64,000 nucleotides of DNA from Octopus sinensis (taxonomy: Eukaryota): contig NC_043017.1 in the NCBI RefSeq assembly GCF_006345805.1, forward strand, positions 24,118,001 to 24,182,000, written 5' to 3'. Positions 26,121 through 39,296 of this stretch are shown here, piece after piece; the first letter of the stretch is position 1; each line of letters begins with the position of its first letter. Both the position numbers and the translations under genes were made by a program. The notes beneath the pieces are model-generated. The model was not told the DNA's origin. It worked only from the letters and a program-made list of their open reading frames with translations, and did not search any database.

Positions 26121-26734
26121 ATATATACAACCCATGCTAGCATGGAAAACGGACGCTAAACGATGATGATGATATATATATTCACACACACGTGTGTGTG
26201 TGTGTGTGTGTGAATGATGTGTATCTTCGTGTTTGTCCTTCACCACCACCTGACAGCCGGTGTTGGTTTGTTTATGTCCATGTAACTAAGCAGTTTCAAA
26301 ATTTTCAAAAGAGACCAACAGAATAAGTACCAGGCATCCTTTTTCTTTTTTTTAAATCAAAGCAGAAAAACAAATACTAGGGTTGATTTGTTCAACTAAA
26401 ACTCTTCAAGGCAGTGCCCCAGCATGGCCACAGTCCAATGACTGAAACAAGTAAGATAGAATAAAAAAAGAGATACCCAATAAAGCTCCTTCTACTGCCT
26501 GTAAAATAAGGGTGGGGGAAGCAGTGCAATGGGGGGGGATACAAGCAAATAGATGTTATCTAACCTCGTGGTCTAAGTGGTTGGCATTCACTTTGATTGG
26601 CCCAGGACTGATCCGGTCAGGGTACTGAGTAGATGGGTGTGTGTGTAGATAATGATATTTCTAAGATAAATAAGAGAGCACAAATTTGAGGGAGGAGATA
26701 CTCAATTGCATCACTTTATAATATTGGCATAAAG

Positions 26735-27638
26735 CAGTGGTTCTTAAGCCGTTGGGGTTCCATGTAAGATTTTGCTGTTAAAATTTATCAGCAATAAAAT
26801 TGGTTATACTTCTACAATATACAAAATCATCATCATCATTGTTTAACGTCCATTTTCCATGCTAGCATGGGTTGAACGGTTCAACCGGGGTCTGGGAAGC
26901 CAGAAGGCCCTTCCTAATGCCAACCACTCTGTGAGTGTAGTAGGTGCTTTTTACATACCACTGGCACAGGGGCCAGAGGAGGCTGGCAACAGCCACAATC
27001 AGTTGATGCTTTTTACGTGCCCAACATTTTTACAGAATTATAGCTGTGTCGTAAGAAGCTTGTTTCCCAACTATATGGTTCTGATATCAGTCCTTCCACA
27101 TGGCACACTGGACATGTGTTTTCTACTATAGCCTTGAGCCAATCAAAGCCGTGTGAGTGGATCTGGAAGATGGAAACTGAAAGATGTCTGTTGTGTGTGT
27201 ATATATATTGTGCATATATATATATATCATCATCACGGACGTTAAACAATGATGATATATATATATATATATATGCACAGGTGTGTGTGTATGTGTTACT
27301 TTGTGTTTACAACCCTGTAACTTAGCAGCTCAGCAAAAGAGACCAATAGAATAAGTATCAGGCTTTTAAAAAAACAATAAGTACATGGGTTGATTCATTC
27401 AATTAAAAATTCTCCAAGGTGGTGCCCCAACATGGCCACAGTCTTATAACTAAAACAAGTAAGAGAATACACAAAATATTTTAGCAATATTTTTATACAA
27501 TTCCTAATAATATTTAATTTTTGAAATATAATAGGATTTTTTAAACATCGAATGGCTATGGGGGTCCATCTGAGTAAAATAGGAACTTTCAAAGGGGTCC
27601 ATAGGAAAAAAAAAAAGAACCGTTGAGAAACACTAGTT
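26735..27638. mobile_element. hAT-type MITE with a nested LINE tail and a nested family A SINE
   Basis: Ends are CAGTGGTTCTTAAGCC and CGTTGAGAAACACTAG. Reverse-orientation relatives lie at about 35305-35500 and 36236-36979. Confidence 0.6.
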
Positions 27639-27960
27639 TAGAGCCACAAATTTTGGTGGGGATGAAAGAGTTGATGAAAATCAAACCCTGTGTATTTTAG
27701 GAGTTCCTAAAAGAATAAAAGCTAAAGTCGACCACAGTGAGATTTGAACTCTGAACATAAACGGGTGTGAGCAAAGAGCACAAAAACTGTTGAGAAACAC
27801 TGGTATAGAGCCACAAATTTTGGTGGGGACGAAAGAGTTGATGAAAAGCAAACCCTGTGTATTTTAGGAGTTCCTAAAAGGATAAAAAAGGATAAAAGCT
27901 AAAGTCGACCACAGTGAGATTTGAACTCTGAACATAAAGGGGTGTGAGCAAAGGCACAAG
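27622..27960. repeat. Direct tandem duplication, period about 167 bp
   Basis: GTTGAGAAACACT...GGGTGTGAGCAAAG starts at 27622 and again at 27789. Confidence 0.9.
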
Positions 27961-28393
27961 TTATTTTGTCAAGTTCTCTATCAACACTGCCAATGCCTCC
28001 CCACAAATTTAAATAGCTTTATACACTGTGTTAATAAATAATTCAAGAATTATGAAATCAATAAAAACAACATAACAGAATGCCCTATAAATATTCTCTT
28101 GGCAGTTCTCGTATCTATAATATATAGGCCATTTGGTCTGTAAGTGTTTGCAGTTTTGGCACACTTAACACTTCATTTCCAAACACTTCTGTCCACTCAG
28201 CTGGAAAAGAGTAACTCTGCAAAGGACTGGCATCCCAACTAGGTGGAATGTTGTGATCTTGGTCACTTAAACACCACAGAAACTGAGTAACTGGCCCTGT
28301 GAGTCCCAGGAGTCAGTAATATCCAGGGGTTGACATCTTACATTTATGCAAAGTACACTGAAACCTTAAGCAATATAATTGACTCTACTTCTC

Positions 28394-28622
28394 TTAACCC
28401 TTTCGTTACTGTATTTATTTTGAGCTGCACTGTGTTTCTTTCAATTACTTTAAATATAACGAAGAATTTAGTAAAATAACTTGGTTATCATTCAGCTAGT
28501 GTTAGGAACATAAATTGTGACTAAGGTTTGGTGGAAGATTTTAATTCAAAACTTATGAAAACAAGACATTTGTATTACAGAGCCAGAGGCGGTTTTGGCC
28601 GGGTTGGTATTGAAAAGGTTAA
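28394..28622. mobile_element. TTAA-MITE family 1 (piggyBac-like)
   Basis: TTAA-CCCTTTCGTTAC ... GGTATTGAAAAGG-TTAA. The internal sequence is shared with the copies at 33153, 33709, 49497 and 56480. Confidence 0.85.
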
Positions 28623-29807
28623 TGTTGATCATAGCATCATCATCATCATCATCATCATCATTTAATGTTCATTGTCCATGCTGGCATGAGTTGGACGGTT
28701 TGACCAGAGCAGGCAAGCTGGAGAGCTGCACCAGGTTCCAGTTTGGTTTGGCATGGTTTCTAATGCCAACCACTTTACAGTGTGTGTGCTGAGTGCTTTT
28801 AATGTGGTACCACATGAGTGCTTTTACATGGCACTGGCAAAGGACTCTTGTAGACCAATCCTCTTCACCAGAGGGAGCGGCCTTAACATTTCTGCTGTAG
28901 AGTACAGAAAGGCACCAGATACCTCGGTCCTTTGTGAAGCACAGTAAGGTGCTGGGTATCTTGGTCCTTTGCCAAGTACAGCAACGCACGGAGTATCTTG
29001 GTCCATACACACACACACACACACACACGTATATGATGGGCTTCATTCAAACCCGCCAACTAAATCCACTCACAAGGATTTGGTTGATGTGGGGCTATAG
29101 TAGAAGAAACATGCCCATGGTCCTATGCAGTGGGACTGAACCCAAAACCATTTGATTAGGAAGCAAATATCTTGCCACATAACCATGCCTGCCCCCAGAA
29201 AGTCTCTTTAACCCACCCACCCCCCAAAAAGTAAAAGAACAGAAAGTAAAAGAAAAAAACTGCTAATTTCTTGAAGAAATCGTAAACTGAAACAAAAATA
29301 TAACTGAGACCCCATGAATCACCATCATCATGGTCATCATCATCATTTTCACATGGTTTTTCTCAGCTGGAATGGCTAAGCTGGTTCTGCTACCAATACC
29401 CCATTTCATTGCCACTCCTCACTTCATTATCACCTCATCTCTGAGGCACAACATCAACACATCTCTTCTCATTACTTCTTCCTCTCATAACTTTTTCTGT
29501 TTTCTTCAATCAAAACTGTCCTCTGTGCTCTGCCTCTCCCCCCTCCCCCTCCTTTTCTCACCCCCACCCCCACCCACCCCCGCCCAGCACTCATTAACCA
29601 TCCCCATCACACAGCCATTAATACAGTGCAATCATATTTCCTGCCATAAAAATCTACACACACACAAAGATATATACATACATACACATACACACAGAAA
29701 CGCATATATACATACACATGCACACATATATATTACATGTATATATACACACATACACATGCATATATAGACACACATACACATGTATGTATATATATAT
29801 ATATATA

Positions 29808-30445
29808 CTAGCAGTATCGCCCGGCGTTGCTCGGGTTTGTAAGGGAAATAACTATATAAGCATTTTTAGAGAGTTATAGCCAAAAAATAGCAAAAAATGC
29901 ATTAAAAATGGAAAAAATATGATGGTAAATTTTTTTTTAAATCGTTGATTCATCGTAGACATTTTTAGAGAGTTACTTCCCTTATATAATAGCGAAAAAA
30001 TGCAATTAAAATGGGAAAAAAAACGATGGTAAATTTTTTTTTAAATCGTAGACTCATGTAGACGCTTTCTTAGCCATTTCTGTTTTGGTGTCTTCAAGCC
30101 ATGAAGTCGTTGTTCTAAAAGAACACTGGTCTCCTTGACAACGCATTACGACGTTGATTTCCTTACACTCCCTTCCCCACAGGTGCAGGTGTGAGCGTGG
30201 ACGCCAACTCCGCCGCCATCGACACACGAAAAATTATGCATTAAAAATGGAATAAAAAATGATGTTAAATTATTTTTAAAATCGTAGACTCATCGTAGAC
30301 GCGCGCTAATATTCAGACGGGCTCGATATGAATCACGACTATAAGCTACCCAAATTTGGTTAAACTGTACCGCAAAATGTGGGGTAGTTAGGAATCTAAT
30401 CGAAGGGGACAGACACTCCCACAACTACAGTTTTATATATATAGA
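29808..30445 (-). mobile_element. Complete non-autonomous Helitron
   Basis: On the minus strand it reads A|TCTATATATATAAAAC...CCCGAGCAACGCCGGG(hairpin)CGATACTG-CTAG|T. This gives a 5' TC, a subterminal GC-rich hairpin, a 3' CTAG, insertion between A and T and no TSD. Confidence 0.88.
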
Positions 30446-30469
30446 TATACATAGCGCAGTAGTGGTGAG

Positions 30470-30830
30470 ATATGACAGCAAAGAAAAGCATACATTCACT
30501 CTCTGCATGCAATTAGACTCGGAAAGTTCGTGAGGAACCCATTGACCAATTTGCTGACTTTTCCGATAGCACACAGGTGTCAATGAATGGTTGAATGACC
30601 AAATCCAAGCTTCTCTGCTAGTTCCTCAACAGTTACGATGATATTTTGTTCCACCAGGGTTTTCAGGATGTCCTTGTCGAGTTCTACAGATCTTTCAGGA
30701 TGAGGCTCGTCTTCTAGGCTGTAGTTTATGGCTCGGGATTTCTGGAACCACCATTGACACTGCCTTACGCTTATGTCCAATCCCCATATACTGCATTAAT
30801 ATTTCTTGTACTTTGCACCACATTTATATT
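30470..30830 (-). mobile_element. mariner transposase N-terminal relic
   Basis: RNINAVYGD..SVRQCQWWFQKSRAINYSLEDEPHPERSVELDKDILKTLVEQ...TVEELAEKLGFGHSTIH*HLCAIGKVSKL, then after a frameshift QWVPHELSESN. The WVPHEL codons are at 30524-30541. Confidence 0.9.
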
Positions 30831-30879
30831 CTGTTATTCTTTTATATGTTTCAGCCTTGAGGTGTGGCCATGCTGGATC

Positions 30880-31235
30880 ATGTGTGTGTGTGTGTGTGTG
30901 TGTGTCTATCTGTCTGGTCTGTCTGTATGTATATATGTATATGTATGTGTGTGAACAATAATATTTTCAACAGTGTGTTGCAAATGTATCTGATTGTTCT
31001 CAAGCTTCAATATGTGTGTGGTGTATGGTGTGTGTGTGTGTATGTATGTATGTTATGTATGTATGTTGTATATGTATGTATGTATGTGTATATGTATGTG
31101 TGTGTATGTGTGTGTGTGTATGTATGTGTGTATGTATTATGTATGTATGTATTTGTATGTATGTATGTATGTATGTATGTATGTATGTATGTATGTATGT
31201 ATTATGTATGTATGTATGTATGTATGTATGTATGA
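30880..31235. repeat. (GT)n/(TGTA)n microsatellite
   Basis: Directly visible. Confidence 0.95.
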
Positions 31236-31654
31236 GTGTATGTTTACTTTATTACTAATTACTCTCTTCCAAGAACATTTTCACTCACTCTTAGCTCTTA
31301 GCTTCCCTACATTTTACTCATGTATCTATCAGCGTCATAGACAGAATACTTTCACTTTAGTCTTCCTCAAATCACTCTGTCGCTATTTACTTTCATTTTA
31401 TTCGTTGCCCACTGTGTGTGTGCGTTTGCGTGTGGTGTAAACCAGACTAAGAAAAGCATTTGACACACACACCAGAATGTGAGTTTTCTGTAAATTTTGC
31501 TTAATTGGAGTTTAAATTTTAAAAACTGGACCTGGCATGACGCGATGCATTGTACTCTTAAAAATGCTAGGTAAATTGTAATTGAAGAAATCCTATATTG
31601 TAGATTTGTATAACTCCCAAAGGGAGGCAGATAAAATCTGCCTTTTATAATAAG

Positions 31655-32443
31655 AGATATATATATATATATATATATGTAAAAAAATACAAACTGACAC
31701 ACACACATGCATATATAGACACACATACACATGTGATATATATATATATATATATAGATACATAGTATATATATATACATACATATATATATACATACAT
31801 ATATATATACATATATATATATACATACATATATATATACATACATTATATATATATACATACATATACTATATATACATAATCATATATATATATACAT
31901 ATTATATATACATATATATATATATATACATATATTATTATATACATATATATATATACATATAGATATAACATATATATATATACATAATATATATACA
32001 TACATATATATATACATAAAGATAGATATACATACATATAGATATAATACATATAATGTATTATACATACATGATATATATATACATATAATATATAAAT
32101 TATATATATATACAGATTATATATACATATATATATATACATGGATATAGATATAACATATATATATATATACATATATATATAATACACATAGATATAT
32201 TATACATATATATATATATATACATATAGGATTAGTATAATATATTATATATGTAACATATTATATATATACATATAGCATATATATATATTTATAATAT
32301 ATATACATATATATATATATACATATATATATAGATATATATAGATACTACATATATATATTATACATATATATATACATATATATATTATATATATATA
32401 CATATATATATTAACACATATATATAATACATATAATATATAC

Positions 32444-32476
<33 letters not shown>

Positions 32477-32591
32477 CATATATTATATATATACACATAT
32501 ATATAAATAAATATTATATATATATATAATATATATATATACATATATATATATATACACATATATATAAATATATAATACATATATATAC

Positions 32592-32658
<67 letters not shown>

Positions 32659-32792
32659 CATATACATATATATACATATATATATATATACATATACATA
32701 TATATACATATATATATATATACATATACATATATATACATATATATATATATACATATATATAACAACAATACACACACATACATACATAT

Positions 32793-32840
<48 letters not shown>
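31655..32840. repeat. About 1.2-kb degenerate (TA)n/(TACA)n/(CA)n tract
   Basis: Directly visible. Confidence 0.97.
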
Positions 32841-32841
<1 letters not shown>

Positions 32842-32899
32842 CACATATCTGGTTATCGTGTTTAATAATGTGCAACCACTGACTTTTCCATCTTGATGT

Positions 32900-33130
32900 G
32901 TTTCAATTTTTCACACATAAGTTAGTATTACTACACATCCAGCAAAAATTTATTTCTCTCTGATCTTCACACGCATTCATTCGTCTGCATCTACATCTTA
33001 CTTTATCCCACATCATCACACTTTTCCTTACACATGCTTCAAATCTTGTCTTCTTGGGCAACAGAGACAAAATCCTTTACTCGTCAACAAAGTAAACAGC
33101 TTCACAAACTTCCAACGCTTACTCAGTAAC
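32900..33130 (-). mobile_element. RTE-clade LINE ORF2 relic
   Basis: WKFVKLFTLLTSKGF...KTRFEACVRKSVM...FCWMCS (with a frameshift) resembles the RTE motif WxKFRELLPLLTSKG...KGRLYxACVRSAML. Confidence 0.65.
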
Positions 33131-33152
33131 ACAGTAAAGGCAAGGGATAAAT

Positions 33153-33371
33153 TTAACCCTTTCATTACCGTATTTATTTTGAAATGCTCTGTGTTTCTTT
33201 CAATTATTTTAAATATAACGAAGAATTTAGTAAAATAACTTAGTTACCATTAAGCTAGTGTTTGTAGCATAAATTGTGACTAAGGTTTGGTGGAAGATTT
33301 TAATTCAAAACTTAAGAAAACAAGACCAGAGGCGGAGGCGGTTTTGGCCGGGTTGGTAATGAAAGGGTTAA
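33153..33371. mobile_element. TTAA-MITE family 1, best-preserved copy
   Basis: Perfect 13-bp TIRs CCCTTTCATTACC (33157-33169) / GGTAATGAAAGGG (33355-33367), with TTAA on both sides. Confidence 0.92.
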
Positions 33372-33690
33372 AGGTTGCCTCAGACACTTCTAACGAACTG
33401 AGGCAAGACTCATAACCTCTCACATAGAGGTATAATGCAAAATCTTTTAATTAACCTTTTCATAACCACACTTCTATTGAAATACACTCTCTTTGCTTTA
33501 AATGACTTTAGAAAAAATTTCATTTATTTGTATAAGTCATTGGACTGCAGCCATTCTGGGGTACCACACTGAAGAATTCTAAGTCAAATGAATCAACTAA
33601 AAACACATTTTCTTTTTTAAGCCTACTTCCACACTGCTCAGTTACAGGGATGTAAACACACCAACACCACTTGTCAAGCAGGGTGTGGGA

Positions 33691-34113
33691 TATATATATT
33701 TTATAAGCTTAACCCTTTTGTTACTGTATTTCTGTTGAGATGCTTTGTGTTTCTTTCAATTAATTATAAATATAACAAGGAATTTAGTAAAATAACTTCG
33801 TTATCTTTCAGCTAGTGTTAGGAACATAAATTGTGACTAAAGTTTCATGGAAGATTTTAATTCAGAACTTATGAAAACAAGACATTTGTACTACAGGGCC
33901 AGAGCCGGGTTCAACCAGGTTGGTATCAAAAGGGTTAAAGCTTCTAAGTGATCACCATGTAATGACTAAAGAAAGTAGTCTAACATTGGGGCATATAATC
34001 CCTTGATGGAGACCCTACTCCTTTCCATCAAGGACATATATGCCCCAATATTAGACTGTTTTCTTTAGTCAATACAGTGGTTACTTATAAGCTTTAAGCT
34101 TATAAAATATATA
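33691..34113. mobile_element. Foldback (palindromic) element interrupted by a TTAA-MITE, nested in a family A SINE
   Basis: With 33713-33938 removed, the left arm TATATATTTTATAAGCTTAAAGCTT...CCTTGATGGA is reverse-complementary, with several mismatches, to 34024-34113. The loop is 13 nt. Confidence 0.8.
33709..33938. mobile_element. TTAA-MITE family 1
   Basis: TTAA-CCCTTTTGTTAC ... GGTATCAAAAGGG-TTAA with the TTAA duplicated. Confidence 0.88.
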
Positions 34114-35569
34114 AATGTAAATATATACACACAAACACACACACGACAGGCATCTAGGCTTCTTTCAGTTTCCATCTACCAAATCCACTCACAAGGCTTT
34201 GGTCAGCCTGAGGCTATACCAAATCCACTCACAAGGCTTTGGTCAGCCTGAGGCTATAGTAAGAGACACTTGCCCAAGGTGTCATGCAGTGGAACTGAAC
34301 CTGCAAACATGTATTTGGAAAGCAAGCTTCTTACCACACAGCTATGCCTTGTAAAATAACTGTCCGTATTAAGCTGGTGTCTGGAACATAATTCAACATG
34401 AAATGTTGATGGAAAGTTTAACTTTAAAACAAGCACTTACAAATCAAAGAACCAAGACTATTTTGAGTGGATTGGTGTCAAAAGGCTTAAGCAATATTTG
34501 AACCTCCTATTTTTGGATTCATAATTGAGCACTTTAAAGAACTAAATTAAAGTTTGTAATCACCATCGCTCTACTTTCAACACAACTGATAATCTCAATG
34601 AAGCAACAATAGAAACCATCAATCACCCAAAATAAGAGAAACACAGCAAAACATTCGAGTTAGAAATAATGTTTCTTTTGTTTTTCTTTGTTTAAAACTT
34701 CTCCCGCTGCATTGCCCCATCCCCAAATCCGCCTAATGAATGGAAATGAAATTATCTAATTATTACATTTCATTAAAAATAACCTTAATTGCTTCCTAGT
34801 TGAAACAAGTTTGGACAGTACTAAAATGTTGAAATGGGTAAGGAACTACACAGCTTTAAGATACTTGTCACCAAACTGCAAGAAAAACGAAGCAAAAATA
34901 GTCAAACTAGAATTGATAATTAATAAACAAATTAATTAATAAAAACATAAGGGCCTTATAATAATAAATCCGTACAAATTGTAGAATGCTGAAGCAGAAC
35001 TGTTGGATAGAAACTGCAAAATATTCCAATGGCTGGAAGGAAATCTGCAACCAGTTGCTTATAGACAAAATATCCACGTCAGTAGAAACTGAATACAATT
35101 TATTAACTTCAATTACAACAGGGAGATATAGATAGACAGAATTAAATAAGCTTATACACACAGTTGTTAGACCAGGTAATAAGTGATGGCAATGTCTGGT
35201 TTTGTAAATAACATTTTGTGCTGAGCTTTGCATTCTTTTTTTTTTTTTTTTTTTATGAAGAAAATCATTTCCAGGGATTAATTGCACCTTTCATCTATCC
35301 AGAGCAGTGGTTCTCAACCATTTTCCTACTTATGAACCCCTTTGATTCCTGCATTACTGTGGTGGACCTTCATAGACATCTGATGTTTTTAAAAATCCTG
35401 TTATATTTTGAGAATGAAATATTATTAGGAATTGTACAAAAAGAAAATTTTAATATTTTGTGTATCATAGATGTATAACCAATTTTGGGTTCAATTAAAT
35501 TTATCATATTCTTCTCTTTACAAAGATTGTCTAAGTGTACTTAGTCAAAACCACAAGATCCAGTCCTTG

Positions 35570-35700
35570 TTGTGATGTGGTGGCTTGTATGCCTCAATGA
35601 CCCTAAGAGCTAAGCCAGTGGGGCACAAGTTCTTGGTAGGGCCTGCTAAGCTAAATGGGTCAAAGAATTGAACAGAGACCAGACAAATATGGAGTACTTC
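35570..35700 (+). mobile_element. Probable RTE-clade LINE 5' UTR fragment
   Basis: GGCTTGTATGCCTCAATGACCCTAAGAGCTA...TTGGTAGGG...ACCAGACAAA resembles RTE (Rex3/Expander-like) 5' UTRs as I remember them. Confidence 0.5.
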
Positions 35701-37205
35701 TTCCCAAGAAAAAAAAAAAACAAAGATACGGAAGCATTGATGACAATTCAAACCAACAACCTGGGAGAGGAAGGTCTTCACTTGGGGGACATCAGATTTG
35801 GCCAGTTTTAACAGAAAACAGGAAGAATATTCGGGTCAGATTATGGCCAGTTTAAATACTAAAAAACTAAATTAATATCTGCACCAAGTGAAGGTTATAT
35901 CCCAGACATTTAACACAGGTTTGGAAAGTGAAAATATATTCATAAATAAATATGAATATTCACTCGTTAATATAACCTTCTTGTGAACAACAACAACATT
36001 AATGTGAACAATATGAATTCCATTCTTAAATTAGATGAGATAACAAGGGAAAAGATAAGAAATATCAGTCAATATTAATATTTAATAATACACAGGTTAA
36101 TATTTTGAAACAGGTTAATATTTTGAAACAGGATTTATTCAACAGAAATAGAATTGTTCACAATAGGAGATGACTATCTGAAAAACTGGTAACTATGTAA
36201 GTTCTGTGAGGTTTTTATAAGAAAGCATTTAGATCAGTAGTTCTTAACCATTTCTAACCTATGAACCCCTTTGTCTACCATTTTATCCTGGTGGAACCCA
36301 TAGCCATTCAATGTTTAAGAACTAATTTCATAGATTCATCATCATCATCATCATCATCATCGTCATTATTTAATGTCTGTTGTCCACGCTGGCATGGGTT
36401 GGATGGTTTGACCAGGGCTGGAAGGCTGAGGGTCTGCACAAGACTCCAGTCTGATTTGGCATGCTTTCCACAACACCAACCACTCAGAGAGTGTACTGGG
36501 TGATTTTATGTGCCACTGGTACAGGTAGGTGCCAGTTGCGTGACACCAGTATCTGTCACAGCTATGATTTCACTTGGCTTGCAGGGTCTTCTCAAGCAAA
36601 GCATATTGCCAAAGGCCTCAGTCATTTGCCATTACCTCTGTGAGACCCAATGCTCAAAAGGTGCTTGAATTCTTCTTTCAAAACTCCAATTTTGTTTATC
36701 ACATGTTCACTTGTATAGGTTGAACTATATAAAATATCAGAGAAAGAAACCCAGCTGCAAATATCCTTCTGGCACATTCCATAAGCAAGCCATTCACTGT
36801 GTTCCATCATGGAGAAAATTCCTAGATGCTTCTTGCAATACATACATTTAAACCAAAACTTCACATGGACCTTTAAAATACTACTGCAGATTCCCAATTT
36901 ACTATATTGCTAGCGTGGCCCTCCAAACATCTTATATGGATTTCCAGGGATTATATGGACCCCGGTTGAAAACCACTGGTTTTGTGACTGTAAAAGCCTT
37001 TCCTTAAAAACAGTCATATTGTCATTCCCTGAAGCCTTGCTGCAGATCTTGTAACAACCATTCTTTCATTTATCTATCTTAAACATTTAATTTTTCCTTT
37101 TTAACCCATTAATGCTTAGTGTTTTACGAGCAGGATATTCAGAAAATTAACCAATACCCTGTATTAATTAGCTGTAGTTAATTGCAGACTGTCAACACTT
37201 GCGTT

Positions 37206-37244
<39 letters not shown>

Positions 37245-37649
37245 AACACACACATCACACATGTGTGCACATGATGGGCTTCTGTAGTTTCCATCAGCGC
37301 CAATTCAACTGGCACTGGTTGAGCCAAGACTGCAGTAGAAAAAAGAAACTTGCTCAAGGTGCCACGCAGAACTGAACCTGAAATCACATGGTCACAAAGC
37401 AAACTTATTATCCACATAGTGATACCTCTACCAATTTGTGCAATTTATTTATTTATTTGCTTAATGAAGGGGTGCAGGGGTGCAGCGTAAGCTAAAAAAA
37501 AAAAAAGCATTGTCATTTTGATTATCTAAATGTCTGGGTTTTTCTGTGCAAAAGCCATTTCTCTTTCACGTTTTTTTCTTCATCCTTCAATAATTACTGT
37601 AACCTATTTGTGTATGATTTTGTAGCAACAGACAACAGTCAACTAAAAC

Positions 37650-37889
37650 ATACATATGTACACACACACACACACATATATATATATACACACACATCTA
37701 TATATACACATACATATATATAAACATATATACATATATATATATATATACACACACATCTATATATACACAGACATATATATAAACATATATACATATA
37801 TATATATACACACACTCACATATATATATACACACACTCACATATATATATACACACACATCTATATATACACATACATATATATAAAC

Positions 37890-37924
<35 letters not shown>

Positions 37925-37963
37925 TATATACACACAAACACAAACATACACAATATATATGTG

Positions 37964-38013
<50 letters not shown>

Positions 38014-38015
38014 AG
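37650..38015. repeat. Compound CA/TA microsatellite
   Basis: Directly visible. Confidence 0.95.
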
Positions 38016-38204
38016 TGTAAAAGTTTCATCATTATCCAACTAATAATGATAAAGAAGAAGCATCTTTAAAAAAAGAGCTAAGTCTGTGATGTTGTTCAAC
38101 AGATTCTGGTGGTGAGAGCCGGAGACAATATAAGATTGCAGCTTCTCTCATTTCAGTAACCAAGTAAATTGAATTTGACAGCATTAATGGGGGGAGGGGC
38201 TGTG

Positions 38205-38229
38205 AGAGAGGGAGAGAGCTGCAAGAGAG

Positions 38230-38260
<31 letters not shown>

Positions 38261-38645
38261 CTGCGAGAGAGAGAGAGAGATGAGAGAGAGAGAGAGCTGC
38301 GAGAGAGAGAGATGTAAGAGAGAGAGAGACATGTAGGAGAGAAAGAGATGTAAGAGAGAGAGAGAGCTGCGAGGGAGGCATAACAGAGAGACAGAAAGAG
38401 ACATAGCTGAAAGAGTGAGAGAGATGTAAGAGAGAGAGAGAGATGTGAGAGAGAGAGAAAGATGTGAGAGAGAGAGATGTGAGAGAGAGAGAGAGAGAGA
38501 GAGATGTGAGAGAGAGAGAGAGAGGAGATGTGAGAGAGAGAGAGAGAGAGAGAGAAAGAGATACACACAGCTGAAAGAGAGAGACAGACATAACTGAGAG
38601 AGAGAGAGAGAGAGACATAGCTAAGCGAGAGAGAGAGAGAGAGCT
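38205..38645. repeat. (GA)n tract punctuated by GCTG and TGT
   Basis: Directly visible. Confidence 0.95.
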
Positions 38646-39076
38646 GAGGCTAACATATTGGTTTATACATGGTTAAAGTTAAAATACAATACAAGATTAT
38701 TCATTTAATACTAAAGCAGGAAATAAAATAATCCACTTCACACATTAAGATATCAGTCAATAGATCCTCGTATTACTATTTCTCTAAATTATGCTCTTTT
38801 TATTTGCTTTTCGGCTTTTTTATTCTTCTCCTGCTCATGAAAGAACCAAGTTAAAAAAATATATATATCTTAGATTTACAAACAGAAAGTAAGCAAGACA
38901 GAAAAGAAAGTAGATTCTTCTTAGTCAGCAGAAGAAACAATGTTACAGTTCTTTGTTTGAAGATTCCCACACACAACACAATTCAAGTGACTGGCATTTT
39001 TGTTACGAGACAAACAAAAAGACATACAAAATAAAAAAACAGTTGGTTTCAGGACACCAGGGATATATACATATAT

Positions 39077-39265
39077 ACTCTTTTACTTGTTTCAGTCAGT
39101 TGACTGCGGCCATGCTGGAGCACTGCCTTTAGTCGAGCAACTCGACCCCGGGACTTATTCTTTGTAAGCCCAGTACTCATTCTATCGGTCTCTTTTTGCC
39201 GAACCACTAAGTGATGGGGACGTAAACACACCAGCATCAGTTGTCAAGCAATGCTAGGGGGACAA

Positions 39266-39296
<31 letters not shown>

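Noticed and set aside
33374-33406. Small hairpin TTGCCTCAG...CTGAGGCAA
   Set aside because: A 9-bp stem is too short to distinguish from chance in 64 kb.
34907-35287. 126-aa minus-strand ORF with a hydrophobic C-terminus
   Set aside because: It spans a poly-A run, its composition reflects AT-richness, and it has no motif or clear exon boundaries.
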